Positions 19,567 through 29,700 of a stretch of DNA of 64,000 nt are shown piece after piece. The translations under genes and the position numbers were made by a program. Under the pieces are notes generated by a model. It was not told the origin of the DNA, ran no database searches, and was given only the letters and a program-made list of their open reading frames with translations. This DNA is from Pseudomonadota bacterium (GTDB lineage: Bacteria > Desulfobacterota > Desulfobulbia > Desulfobulbales > Desulfurivibrionaceae), in NCBI GenBank assembly GCA_018830485.1, contig JAHJRQ010000002.1:13211-77210 (forward strand), given 5' to 3'. The number at the start of each line of letters is the position of its first letter. Within the stretch, counting starts at the first letter, position 1.

Positions 19567-19600
19567 CAGGGTGTTGAAAAACGAATTTTTCAACACCCTG
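19567..19600 (-). terminator. 34-nt perfect palindrome (15-bp arms, 4-nt loop) just after the stop of the GHL10 gene; a hairpin without a U-tract
   Basis: CAGGGTGTTGAAAAA-CGAA-TTTTTCAACACCCTG, 6 nt from the stop codon at 19607. No T-run follows on either strand. Confidence 0.45.
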
Positions 19601-19606
19601 CTAGGG

Positions 19607-21460
19607 TTATAGTCCCCGTCCGGTTCCTGCTTCCAACATATCCCCCAGCCCCCGGCGGAAGAGGATTCGCTTCGCTTCCCAGGGCGCCTCCGCAAAGGTC
19701 ATCCCTCTGCCGAGTCCTTTGTCTTCGAGCCGGTAGCACCAGAAGCCGTTGGCAACCCGCATGACTCGGCTGATTTCCCGCGGGAGCAGTTGGGCAAGCT
19801 CCTGATCCTGGGGATCGAGCAGGTCGAGAAAACGGGGGGCAAGCAGGCCGCCCAAGGTTTTGCTGCTGTCCTGGGACAGCTCTTCAGCCACCGCGGCCAG
19901 CTCTTCCCCGGCCAGCAGCCTTTGCCGGGCTTTTTCACAGACGACTTCCTGCTCCTGCCAGCGGGCGGGGCTGTCCATGGGACTGGCGTAGCGGAAAATA
20001 CCGCCCAGGGTGAGGCGCTCCGGCACAGTGATCAGGCCGTTTTTCAGTTGGTTGAGGGTTTTGGGGATGCTGTGTTGCCGGGCGTGATCATACTCCTGCA
20101 AGCGCAAGGCCAGTTTGGCCTCCAGGCCCTTTTGGGGGGGAAATCCGCCCAGAGCCTTGCAGGCGATGCTTTTCAGGGCAGACATGTTCGGGGGGAGAAG
20201 TTCGGGCGGGGCGGAGGCAAGGAGTTTTGTATCGCCCGGCTCGGCTTTGCGGACAGGAGACAGGCGGGGAGCCCGCACCGCCTCGGCCCCGGCCAAAGCA
20301 GCATTTTTTTTCAGGAGATGCCCCAGGCTGAAGAGGGCGACCCCCTCATAGCCGTTTTCTCCGGCGATCCGCGCCTCCCTGCCGAGCTGGGCGGAGTTTT
20401 TGCCTAAAGCGCCCAGTCCGGCCCAGAGGCTGACCTGTGAGGGACGGGGGGTGGTCGCGGTAATCTCCCGGAGCTGGGCGTTCACCCGTTCGGCATCCCC
20501 GAAATAGGCCATTGGATACAGTCTGTCCACCAGCCCCTCCGCGGCCCAGGCCTGGTATTCCTGGCCGTTTTCCAGATAGGCGGCCGCGGGCTCGGGAAAG
20601 ACGGCAACGGAAAGGACTATCCCGGTTGCGCCGCTGTGGTCTACAGCCTGCCGGACCTCCCGAAGAAGCTGGGTGACCTGGCCTGCGCGGAACTCGTTCC
20701 AGAACAGCGCTGCCGTGGTAAGGACCCGGTCCGTTGGCGACTGTTTCCCTTCAAGCCAGTCGGTTACGGTTCCAGCGTGGATTCGCTCCGGCAGAAGCCT
20801 GGGGTCAACTCCATGGGATCGTTCAAATTGTTCGGCAAGCGGGTCGCTTTTCCCGTAGCCCGGGCCAGGGTAGCGGATGAAGTCAAGATGGATGCCGGCC
20901 ACGGGGTAACGGGCCAGCAATTCCCGGACCACTGCGACGAACAGGGCGCGGTATTCCGCGGAAGCCGGGTCGGCATAGCTGCCTTCGATCCAGCCCAGCC
21001 GTTTTTCCCGGGCGGAATAGCCGGAAACCGGCCGCCCGGTGTTGTCGGAGAGGATCCAGGGCTGGCCGGGGTGTCCGGGGTGGTCCGGGGATTCCGGCGG
21101 GGTGTCGCCGCCCCAGAGATAAAAAACATTGAGCCATGCATGGAGGGACAGGGGAGCGCACTCCGTGAGCAACTGCGCCAGGGGGTCGAAATCCGTTGGG
21201 GCCTGGGCCAGATTCCCGGCCCGAGGCGCGAGCTCGCTTCGGTACAGGGCGTCGGCCCGCCCCCGGACCTGCACCAGCAGGTGGTCAAGCCCTGCCTGCT
21301 TCGCCTGCGGGCAGAGGGCGGCAATCTTCGCCGGGCTGTCCAGATCGAAACGGACCACCCAGGCCGCGGTCCGCAGCCTTGGGGCGCAGGCCGAGACAAG
21401 CAGCAGCAGGGCCAGGGCTGGAAGCAGGGCGCGCAGGGAACAGGGTTGTGGTTGTGGCAT
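19607..21460 (-). CDS. lipoprotein: glycoside-hydrolase-like GHL10 (DUF187/YngK-like) domain fused to a C-terminal parvulin-type PPIase-like domain
   Basis: Lipobox LLLVSAC. The N-terminal 350 aa carry VQVRGRADALY.S, LHAW.NVF and IHLDFIRYP, typical of GHL10. The C-terminal ~100 aa show the parvulin pattern (L.AGE.LA.VA...SQD..S...GG.L......L..EIS.V......W). Confidence 0.65.
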   Translation of the reverse strand: MPQPQPCSLRALLPALALLLLVSACAPRLRTAAWVVRFDLDSPAKIAALCPQAKQAGLDHLLVQVRGRADALYRSELAPRAGNLAQAPTDFDPLAQLLTECAPLSLHAWLNVFYLWGGDTPPESPDHPGHPGQPWILSDNTGRPVSGYSAREKRLGWIEGSYADPASAEYRALFVAVVRELLARYPVAGIHLDFIRYPGPGYGKSDPLAEQFERSHGVDPRLLPERIHAGTVTDWLEGKQSPTDRVLTTAALFWNEFRAGQVTQLLREVRQAVDHSGATGIVLSVAVFPEPAAAYLENGQEYQAWAAEGLVDRLYPMAYFGDAERVNAQLREITATTPRPSQVSLWAGLGALGKNSAQLGREARIAGENGYEGVALFSLGHLLKKNAALAGAEAVRAPRLSPVRKAEPGDTKLLASAPPELLPPNMSALKSIACKALGGFPPQKGLEAKLALRLQEYDHARQHSIPKTLNQLKNGLITVPERLTLGGIFRYASPMDSPARWQEQEVVCEKARQRLLAGEELAAVAEELSQDSSKTLGGLLAPRFLDLLDPQDQELAQLLPREISRVMRVANGFWCYRLEDKGLGRGMTFAEAPWEAKRILFRRGLGDMLEAGTGRGL

Positions 21461-21575
21461 CCGGGTTGACCTTTTGGCGGCGGGATGGTACTTTGCGCGA
21501 TCGTTTCAGGCATGGGAAAGCCATGCCGCCCACTGTATTGTTACCGCGCTGCCCGCATATTGCACCAGGAAAAAA

Positions 21576-22349
21576 ATGATGACCGACCTGAAAAAATTCC
21601 CCGAAGGCATGCAGCCCCTGGGCGACTCCCCGTTTCCCTTTGCCTGCAACCCCGAGGTTCCCTGCTTCACCCGCTGCTGCCGGAAGCTGATCCTGTTTCT
21701 CTATCCCTACGATCTCATCCGCTTGAAAAAAAGGCTGGGGATCACCTCGGAGGAGTTGCTCAACACATACACCGGCGTGGCCCAGGGGGCCAACCCGCTC
21801 TTTCCCGCCATTGTCATGCGGATGCGGGATGACGCGGAAAACAGTTGCCCGTTTCTCGATCCGGAACGGGGGTGCCTCGTCTATGAGGACCGTCCTTCCG
21901 CCTGCCGCACCTATCCCCTGGAACGGGCCATTGACCGCAACCCGGAGCGGGGCCAGCCCCGTGCCTATTATTTTATGACCGATCACTCCTACTGTCTGGG
22001 GCATCAGGAGCAGAAGGAGTGGACGGTGAAGGAATGGCTCCGCGATCAGCAGTTGGTCTACTACAACGCCATGGATGATCTCTGGGCCGAGATGGACACC
22101 CTTTTTTCCTCAAACCCCTGGCAGAGCGAGGGCGCGGCTGGCCCCAGGCAGCAGTTGGCCTTCATGGTCTGCTACAATATCGATCGTTTCCGCCGGTATG
22201 TGGCCGAGCACAACCTGCTCAATCTCTACCGGTTGGACAAATCCCGCAAACGCCTCATCGAGACCGATGACGAGGCCCTGCTCACCTTCGGCTACGACTG
22301 GCTCAAGCTGGTGCTCGGCAACAAGCCCACCCTGCAGTTGAAGCGATAG
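21576..22349 (+). CDS. YkgJ-family cysteine-cluster protein (CxxCxxCC, putative Fe/Zn-binding)
   Basis: Start trimmed to ATGATG at 21576. FACNPEVPCFTRCC and CPFLDPERGCLVYEDRPSACRTYP match the UPF0153/YkgJ pattern. Confidence 0.75.
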   Translation: MMTDLKKFPEGMQPLGDSPFPFACNPEVPCFTRCCRKLILFLYPYDLIRLKKRLGITSEELLNTYTGVAQGANPLFPAIVMRMRDDAENSCPFLDPERGCLVYEDRPSACRTYPLERAIDRNPERGQPRAYYFMTDHSYCLGHQEQKEWTVKEWLRDQQLVYYNAMDDLWAEMDTLFSSNPWQSEGAAGPRQQLAFMVCYNIDRFRRYVAEHNLLNLYRLDKSRKRLIETDDEALLTFGYDWLKLVLGNKPTLQLKR

Positions 22350-22370
22350 GGCAACGGGCAATTCCTTGCC

Positions 22371-23465
22371 GTGCTGCGGGACGTATTCGTGAAAACCAGA
22401 TTTGCACATCTCCGCGCCTATCTTCCGGTCCTCGCCTTTTTCGGCGGATTTTCGTGGGATGCGCTCACCATCGGCCGGGCTGTAACGCCCCTGGATCTCT
22501 GGCTCCTCTCCGGCTACCTCGCCTGTGCAGCCGTAATCCTCTGGTGGCTGGGGCACCGGCGTCACATTCTGGGCGCAACTGCCTCTACAGATAGCGTGCA
22601 GGATGCATCTTCTTTTTCCTCCTGGCTGGAACGCGCGCCGTACCTGTTGCTCCAGTTTCTTTTCGGCGGGCTGTTCAGCGCGCTGTTCATCCTCTATTTC
22701 CAGAGTTCCAGCCATCTGGCCGCCATGCTGTGGTCCCTTGGCCTTGGCGGGCTGCTGGTGGCCAACGAATTTTTTGACGGCAAGTACAGCCGTTTTACCC
22801 TCACCTGGGCGCTGTTCGGGCTCTGCGCCATGCTGCTGTTCAATTTTCTCCTGCCGTTTCTGGCCGGCAGCATCAGTATGGTCTGGTTTTATCTCAGCAC
22901 CCTTGCCGGGGCGGGTCTCACCCACTGGCTGCGCAAGAAAACGCCCGGGTGTCCCGGCCGGGCGGCGCCGGTTTGGGTTATAGCCGTTATGCTGGCGGTG
23001 GCGTATCCCCTGGATATGATCCCGCCGGTTCCCCTGGTGAAGCGGGATATTCAGGTGGGGCGAAATTTTGAGCGGGTGGCGGACGAGTATCGCCTCACCC
23101 TGGAAAAAGCACCCTGGTGGGTATTCTGGCGGGATTTGTCGCACCAGGTGCATCTTGCCCCGGGAGAGCGGCTGTACTGCGTTTCCTCGGTTTTTGCGCC
23201 GGGAGGGTTAAGCACCCGCCTCTATCACCGCTGGGAGCATTATGATCCCTTTCGCGGTTGGGTTACTGTTTCCCGCATGGGATTCGGCCTCTTTGGCGGG
23301 CGTGATGGCGGTTTTCGCGGCTACACCTACAAGCAGGAAGTGGCTCCGGGGCAATGGCGGGTGAATGTGGAAACCGAAAGCGGCCACACGGTTGTCGTCC
23401 ATGCTTTCAGTGTGGTGACCGATGCGCCGGTTGAACCGGACCGGGAGACGGTGCTGGGTTTGTGA
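22371..23465 (+). CDS. polytopic membrane protein with a C-terminal DUF2914-like beta domain
   Basis: GTG start. About 7 hydrophobic helices in the first 230 aa. The C-terminus has RLYHRWEHYD...GW......F...GGR..GFRGY..K....G.WRV.VET..G, as I remember for DUF2914. Confidence 0.6.
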   Translation: MLRDVFVKTRFAHLRAYLPVLAFFGGFSWDALTIGRAVTPLDLWLLSGYLACAAVILWWLGHRRHILGATASTDSVQDASSFSSWLERAPYLLLQFLFGGLFSALFILYFQSSSHLAAMLWSLGLGGLLVANEFFDGKYSRFTLTWALFGLCAMLLFNFLLPFLAGSISMVWFYLSTLAGAGLTHWLRKKTPGCPGRAAPVWVIAVMLAVAYPLDMIPPVPLVKRDIQVGRNFERVADEYRLTLEKAPWWVFWRDLSHQVHLAPGERLYCVSSVFAPGGLSTRLYHRWEHYDPFRGWVTVSRMGFGLFGGRDGGFRGYTYKQEVAPGQWRVNVETESGHTVVVHAFSVVTDAPVEPDRETVLGL

Positions 23466-23546
23466 GGATATTTTTTCTTTTTCCCGGCCGTTCCCATGTG
23501 GTACTCTTCGTCTGCAGCCCTGACCTCTTTTGGGATCAATCTTTGG

Positions 23547-24224
23547 ATGAAAAAGATATTTTTTCTTATTCTGTTTGGCGCCGCAGCCCTCATGACCAAT
23601 GGTTGCGCCCCGGTGCGATCGGTCCCGCCCGAGACAATGGGACCCGATGTGTACCGGATCAGTGCCTGGGGCACCTCTAAAAAAATTATTCGCGAAACAG
23701 TGCAAAGGGCCACTGATCGTTGTGCGCAAGAGAAGAAACAGTACCTTTTCGTGAAGAATATTTTTCAGTACGGCAGCAGCCTGGGCATCGACATGGTCTC
23801 CTATGAACTCTATTTTACCTGTGTCGAAGCCGAGGATCCACGCCTGAAGGCCCGGAAATCCCCGCTGGGCCTTTCGGAAGAAAAGGCGGAGGAACCACCG
23901 ATACAGATGGTCGTCCCGGACAGGGAGCCCCCTGTGCGGGAGCAGCCAAGCCCTGTCAAGAAACCGGCGGAGGAGACGGGTGTAATCACCCCCGGCAAGG
24001 AAGCGGCTCCCGTGCCACAGAAGGCAAGCCCTGCCCGGGAGCCGGCTGGCGAGAAGCCCGTTGTCGGCCCCGCAGGGGAGGCGAAGCCCAAGGTTTCCGA
24101 AGAGCAGGTGCGCACGGAGATGCCCGGAGTGGGCGAACCCGAGAACCTGCGGAAGGACGGCTCCGCCCTTACTAACGAAGCCGAGCGGGACATCCCCGTC
24201 ATTGTGGAGCCCTTGTCCAAATAA
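23547..24224 (+). CDS. lipoprotein with a folded N-domain and a Pro/Glu/Lys-rich low-complexity C-terminal half
   Basis: Start set at MKKIFFLILFGAAALMTNGC (lipobox). The C-terminal ~130 aa are rich in P, E, K, A and V. Confidence 0.55.
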   Translation: MKKIFFLILFGAAALMTNGCAPVRSVPPETMGPDVYRISAWGTSKKIIRETVQRATDRCAQEKKQYLFVKNIFQYGSSLGIDMVSYELYFTCVEAEDPRLKARKSPLGLSEEKAEEPPIQMVVPDREPPVREQPSPVKKPAEETGVITPGKEAAPVPQKASPAREPAGEKPVVGPAGEAKPKVSEEQVRTEMPGVGEPENLRKDGSALTNEAERDIPVIVEPLSK

Positions 24225-24359
24225 CCTGATTTTGTGCCCGGCGCCGGACGGAAATGCATCAGCGGAAGAAGGGCCGGGAAGGGTGGAATCCCTTGTGGCG
24301 TCCGGACGTTGAAGTGTGTGATAGGCTGACAGGAAACACGAACTATATGGAGGTATGTC

Positions 24360-26708
24360 ATGCGATCCTCTCTTGCCGCGCTCCTGGTTTTGCTGGCTCT
24401 CATTTCCGCCCCGCCGCTTTTTGCCGCCACCGTTGAATATGACCTCTTCATTGCCGAACAGGAGGTCAATATCACCGGTCAGCCCACCAAGGCCATGACC
24501 ATCAACACCGCCATTCCCGGCCCGGTTCTGCGCTTCACCGAGGGCGACCTTGCCCGCATCCGGGTCCATAACCGCCTGGCGACCGAGACCTCGATCCACT
24601 GGCACGGCCTGCTGGTGCCGCCGGGCATGGACGGCGTGCCCTACGTCAGTTTCCCGCCCATTGGGCCCGGCGCCACCTTTACCTACGAATTTCCCCTCCG
24701 TCAAAGCGGCACCTACTGGTACCATTCCCACTCCGGTCTCCAGGAGCAGCGCGGCCTCTACGGCGCCATTGTCATCGCCCCGCGCGGAAGCGTCGCCCCG
24801 GAGGCGCCGGAACAGGTGATTCTTTTTTCCGACTGGACCGACGAGGATCCCCATGCGGTGCTGCGCACCCTGAAGCGCGGCAGCGACTGGTACGCGGTGG
24901 CCAAGGGCAGCGGCCAGAGTCTGTTGGGCGCCGCTCGGCTCGGCATGCTGGGGGATTTTCTGAAGCGCGAACTCCAGCGCATGCCGCCCATGGACATCGC
25001 CGATGTGGCCTATGACCGCTTCCTTGCCAACGGCCAGCAGGAAATCGCGCTTCCGGCCGCGCCGGAGCAGACCCTGCGGCTGCGGCTGGTGAACGGCTCC
25101 GCCACCACCTATTTCCACCTCGAATTTGCCGGGGGGCCGATGACCATTGTCGCGGCCGACGGCCTGGCGGTGGAGCCGCTGGGCGAACAGCGGCTGCTCA
25201 TGGCCGTGGCTGAAACCTACGATGTGCTGATCACGGTGCCGGCCGACGGGGCCTACGAGTTCCGGGCCACGGCCCACGACGGTTCCGGCTTCGCCTCGGT
25301 CTGGCTCGGCGAAGGCTCGCTCCGCCCGGCGCCGGACGTGCCCAGGCCGAACCTGTATCAGACCATGGGCCATCTCGGTCTCAAGGAGGTGTTCGCCCTC
25401 ACACCGGCCGGGGGAATGGGCATGGCTGATGAGGCGGTGGCAGCCGGCCGCTTTGATCAGCCCGGCATGATGAATATGCATGACATGGCACCCATGGCTG
25501 AACCCTCGGATCACGGGGCCATGGACCATTCTTCTGCCGCGCCGGCCAGCGAGACGGATCACGGAGTCTTGCACGGAGGACCGCCCTCGCCGGCCATGGA
25601 GCACGGCCACGGCGGCCATGGGATGCCGGCGCCGCTATCCGTGATGAACCCCAACGGCAAGAAGGGCGCGACCGACTTCACCCTGCTCGGCGCCGATGCC
25701 GCCGGCGCCTCGGCCCTGGCCATGGACGGCATGGCCCCCGACCGCCCCTGGCCGCCCTACGAGCGCCTTCGCGCCGCCCAGCCCACCGCCTTCGCGCAGG
25801 ACAAGCCCGTCCGCGAGATCCGCCTCACCCTGGACGGCGACATGGAGCGCTATGTCTGGGAGATGAACAATGTTGCCCTCACCCCGGACGACACCATCAC
25901 GATCCGGGGAGGCGAAGTGACCCGTTTCATCATGATCAACCGCACCATGATGCATCACCCCATGCACCTGCACGGTCACTTTTTCCGGGTGCTCAACGGC
26001 CGGGATGATGCGCGGGCGCCGCTCAAGCACACCGTGGATGTGGCGCCGATGGCCACCACGGTCATTGAATTCTATACCGACGAGCCCGGCGACTGGCTCT
26101 TCCACTGCCACTTGCTCTACCATATGGAAAGCGGCATGGCGCGGATCGTCCACTACGAGGATTTTGCAGCCGATCCGGCATTGCTCGCCGGCCGGGCCAA
26201 GCTGCACCAGAATACCTGGTTCGCCTGGGGTGAGGCTGTGCTGCTCAACACCATGACCGAGGGTGGTCTCACCCTCGCCGACCGGCATCAGATCTTCAGC
26301 GCATCGTGGGAGGCGGGATGGGAGCGGGTGGAGGAGACCGAATGGGAGACGCTTTTCACCTGGGAGCGTCCGTTGAACACCTTCTTCGGCCTCTTTGTCG
26401 GCCTCGATCTCCTTGGCGAGCGGGATGAAATCGAGCACCATCGCGGGGTGGCCGGAATCAGCGCGCTGCTGCCGCTCATGGTGGAGTCGCGGGCCTGGCT
26501 CGATGTGGACGGCGGGGCTCGGTTCAGTCTTGAAAAAAATCTCCCCTTGACCCCGCGCCTGAAGCTGACGGGTGAGGCTGAGTACGACACCCACGAAAAA
26601 TGGGAAGGGAGTGTCGGCCTCGCCTACCTGATCAATCAGCCGCTTTCCTTGGTGGGCCGCTGGCATTCGGCGTATCAGTGGGGAGTGGGCCTGGAACTGC
26701 GGTTCTGA
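24360..26708 (+). CDS. copA: multicopper oxidase (CopA/PcoA type) fused to a C-terminal CopB/PcoB-like outer-membrane beta-barrel domain
   Basis: RBS GGAGG. Cu-site motifs HWHG, WYHSH, HPMHLHGH and HCHLLYHMESGM. A Met/His-rich insert (GMMNMHDMAPMAEPSDHGAMDH...MEHGHGGHGM). The last ~190 aa resemble CopB (GISALLPLMVES.AWLD.DG.ARF.LE..L.LT.RL.L.GEAEYD) and end in ...GLELRF. Confidence 0.85.
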   Translation: MRSSLAALLVLLALISAPPLFAATVEYDLFIAEQEVNITGQPTKAMTINTAIPGPVLRFTEGDLARIRVHNRLATETSIHWHGLLVPPGMDGVPYVSFPPIGPGATFTYEFPLRQSGTYWYHSHSGLQEQRGLYGAIVIAPRGSVAPEAPEQVILFSDWTDEDPHAVLRTLKRGSDWYAVAKGSGQSLLGAARLGMLGDFLKRELQRMPPMDIADVAYDRFLANGQQEIALPAAPEQTLRLRLVNGSATTYFHLEFAGGPMTIVAADGLAVEPLGEQRLLMAVAETYDVLITVPADGAYEFRATAHDGSGFASVWLGEGSLRPAPDVPRPNLYQTMGHLGLKEVFALTPAGGMGMADEAVAAGRFDQPGMMNMHDMAPMAEPSDHGAMDHSSAAPASETDHGVLHGGPPSPAMEHGHGGHGMPAPLSVMNPNGKKGATDFTLLGADAAGASALAMDGMAPDRPWPPYERLRAAQPTAFAQDKPVREIRLTLDGDMERYVWEMNNVALTPDDTITIRGGEVTRFIMINRTMMHHPMHLHGHFFRVLNGRDDARAPLKHTVDVAPMATTVIEFYTDEPGDWLFHCHLLYHMESGMARIVHYEDFAADPALLAGRAKLHQNTWFAWGEAVLLNTMTEGGLTLADRHQIFSASWEAGWERVEETEWETLFTWERPLNTFFGLFVGLDLLGERDEIEHHRGVAGISALLPLMVESRAWLDVDGGARFSLEKNLPLTPRLKLTGEAEYDTHEKWEGSVGLAYLINQPLSLVGRWHSAYQWGVGLELRF

Positions 26709-26781
26709 TGGCGGTATAGGCAGGGAGGAAACGGGGGAGAACTTTCGGTGTGCGCGGCGCGAGGCATGCGCTGGCACACCT

Positions 26782-29700
26782 TCACCCCTGTCCGCTCTGC
26801 CGCCAGCGCCCGCCTTTGCCGCCGTTTCGGGGCTGGATCTCTGCCTTGGTTTTCAGATACATCACCGCCGCATAGCCCAGCAGCCCTTCCACTGCCGCAT
26901 CGAATTCCTTGCAGGGCCGGACGGTGAAATCCGAGGGCGGCTCGATATCCACCTCGCCTCGGCCGGTAAAATGCAGGGTCAGGGAAACCGGGCAGGTGCC
27001 GTGGAACTCGCGCACCTTGGTTTTCAGGTATTCCAGTTTCTGTCGGCTCACCTGATCGGACTTGAGCAGGATGCGGGCGCCGTTGGTGTATTTGCTCCGC
27101 GCCTCGCTTAAGCTGTCCACGGATTCGGCGATGATCTTGGCGCCCTGTTCCTCCTGCTTGACCGTGCCCAGGACGATGAGCGGCTCGTCGGAGTTGAGGA
27201 GATGGCCGGATTTGGCAAAGGCCTCGGGGAAGACTACCACCTCGGCGGCTCCGGCCCGGTCTTCGAGGACGATGAAGGCCATGCGGTCGCCTTTCTTGCT
27301 GCGGTGATCCTTGTACTCCCGCACTAACCCGCCCACGCGCACCGGCTGGTTGTCGCCCCAATCGCCAAGGCCGGTGAGGTCGGTGTCGGCCACGGCCATG
27401 ATCTCCTGATGGAAGTTGTCCAGGGGGTGGCCGGTGAGGTAGAAGCCCACGGTCTCTTTTTCAAAACCGAGCCGTTCTTTCTCGGTCCATTCCGGGATGT
27501 TGGGCAGGTCGATGGCGTTGGCCTTGCTGCCCTGCGTTTGCGGCATGGCTGAGAACAGCGAAATCTGGCCGCTTAACCGATCCCGTTGCGCGGACTGGGC
27601 CTGTTCCATGGCCATGTCCAGGATGGCAAAGAGCTGGGAGCGCTTGGCGCCCAAGGAATCGAAGGCCCCGGCCTTGATCAGGCTTTCTATGACCCGCCGG
27701 TTCACCTTGCGGGAATCCACCCGGTCGCAGAAATCCTCCAGCCCCCCATAAGGACCGTCCGCGGCCCGCACCTCCATGATGGAGTCCAGGGCCGCGCCAC
27801 CTACGTTCTTGACCGCGGCCAAGCCGAAGCGGATGCGGTCGTTGACCACGGCAAAGTCCTTGTCCGACTCGTTGATGTCCGGCGGCAACACCTCGATCTC
27901 GTGGTCCCGGCACTCGGTGATGTAGCGCACCACCTTGTCGGTGTTGCCCACATCGCAGGAGAGCAGGGCGGCCATGAACTGGGCAGGGTAGTGGGCCTTG
28001 AGCCAGGCGGTCTGGTAGGCGATCAGGGCGTAGGCCGCGCTGTGGCTCTTGTTGAAGCCGTAGCCCGCGAACTTGGCCATCAGGTCGAAAACGTACTCGG
28101 CCTTGTCAGCCGGGATACTGTTCTTCTTGGCCCCGGCCAGGAATTTCTCCTTCTCCGCCTCCATGACCTCGGCCTTTTTCTTGCCCATGGCCCGGCGCAG
28201 GTTGTCGGCGTCGCCCAGGGAATAGCCTGCCAGGACATTGGCGATCTTCATGACCTGTTCCTGGTAGACGATAACTCCGTAGGTTTCCTTGAGGATCGGC
28301 TCCAACTGGGGCAACGGATAGATGGCCTGCATCCTCCCGTGCTTGGTGTCCACGAACTGATCCACCATGCCGGATTCAAGCGGACCGGGCCGGTAGAGGG
28401 CCACCAGGGCGATGAGGTCGGAAAAGACCTCGGGCTTCATCTTCATCAGCAACCCGCGCATCCCTGAGCTTTCCAACTGAAAAATCCCCAGGGCGTCGCC
28501 CTTGGCCAACAGGTCGTAGGTCTTGGTGTCGTCCAGGGGGATGCGGTTGATGTCGGGCTTATGCCCGATATCCGCCGCGATCAGCTTGAGGGCCCGGTCG
28601 ATGACGGTGAGGGTCTTGAGGCCCAGAAAGTCGAACTTGATCAACCCGGTCATCTCGGTGTGGATCATGTCGTACTGGGTGAGCACCTCGCCCTTTGGGC
28701 CCTTGCAGACCGGCAGATATTCCACCATGGGGCGTGGCGAGATGACCACGCCCGCAGCATGGATGGAGGTGTGGCGGTTGAGGCCTTCCAGGGTTTGGGC
28801 GATCCGGAGAAGTTCCTCCACCTGGGGGTCGCGTTTGATCAGCTCCTGGAGGCGGGCCTCGGCCTCGATGGCCTTCTTGATCGTGATCTTCAGCTCTTCC
28901 GGGATGAGCTTGGCGATGCGGTCGACGTCGCCGTAGGCCATGCCCAGGGCGCGGCCCACGTCGCGGATCACGGCCCGGGCCTTCATGGAGCCGTAGGTGA
29001 CGATCTGGGCGACATGCGCCTCGCCGCCGTAACGTTGGTGCACGTATTCGATGACCTCGCCGCGCCGCTCCTGGCAGAAATCCACGTCAAAGTCGGGCAT
29101 GGACTTGCGCTCGATGTTCAGGAACCGCTCGAAGATCAGGCCGTAGGGGATGGGGTCGATATCGGTGATCCGCAGGGAATAGGCGGCCAGACTGCCCGCG
29201 CCGGAGCCGCGACCGGGCCCGACGGGGATATCATGGTCCTTGGCCCAGTTGATGAAGTCGGCCACGATGAGGAAATAGCCGGGAAAGCCCATCTTGATGA
29301 TGACGTCGATCTCGTGGGTCAACCGGTCGCGGTAGGTTTTTTCAATCTCCGGGGTGAGTTCGCCGATCTCCCGCATGTCGTTGAACCGCTCTTCCAGTCC
29401 GGCCAGGGCGGATTTCTCGAACAGGGAGTCAAGGGTCTCGCCCTCGGGCACCGGGAAGATGGGGAAGTGGGACTCGCCAAAACTCAGCTCCACATTGCAG
29501 CGTTCGGCCAGGCGGACGGTCTCGGCGATGGCTTCCGGCGAGTGGGCAAAACCCCTTTTCATCTCGTCGGGCGACTTGAAGAAGAGCTCGTCGGTGGAGA
29601 AGCGGAAGCGGCTGGCATCGTGCATGGTTTTGCCGGTCTGGATGCAGAGCAGCACCTCGTGGGCCTGGGCCTCTTCCCGGTTGAGGTAATGGCAGTCGTT

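Noticed and set aside
23208-25619. 803-aa ORF on the minus strand
   Set aside because: It lies antisense to the multicopper oxidase gene, whose copper-site motifs are unambiguous on the plus strand. Its translation is Arg/Gly/Ala/Pro-rich with no motifs, which is the typical high-GC shadow ORF.
26764-26781. TGGCAC hexamer (gcgcTGGCACaccttcacc) that could be a sigma-54 -24 box
   Set aside because: No TTGC/GC -12 element lies at the right spacing. It also sits between the 3' ends of two convergent genes, where there is nothing to transcribe.
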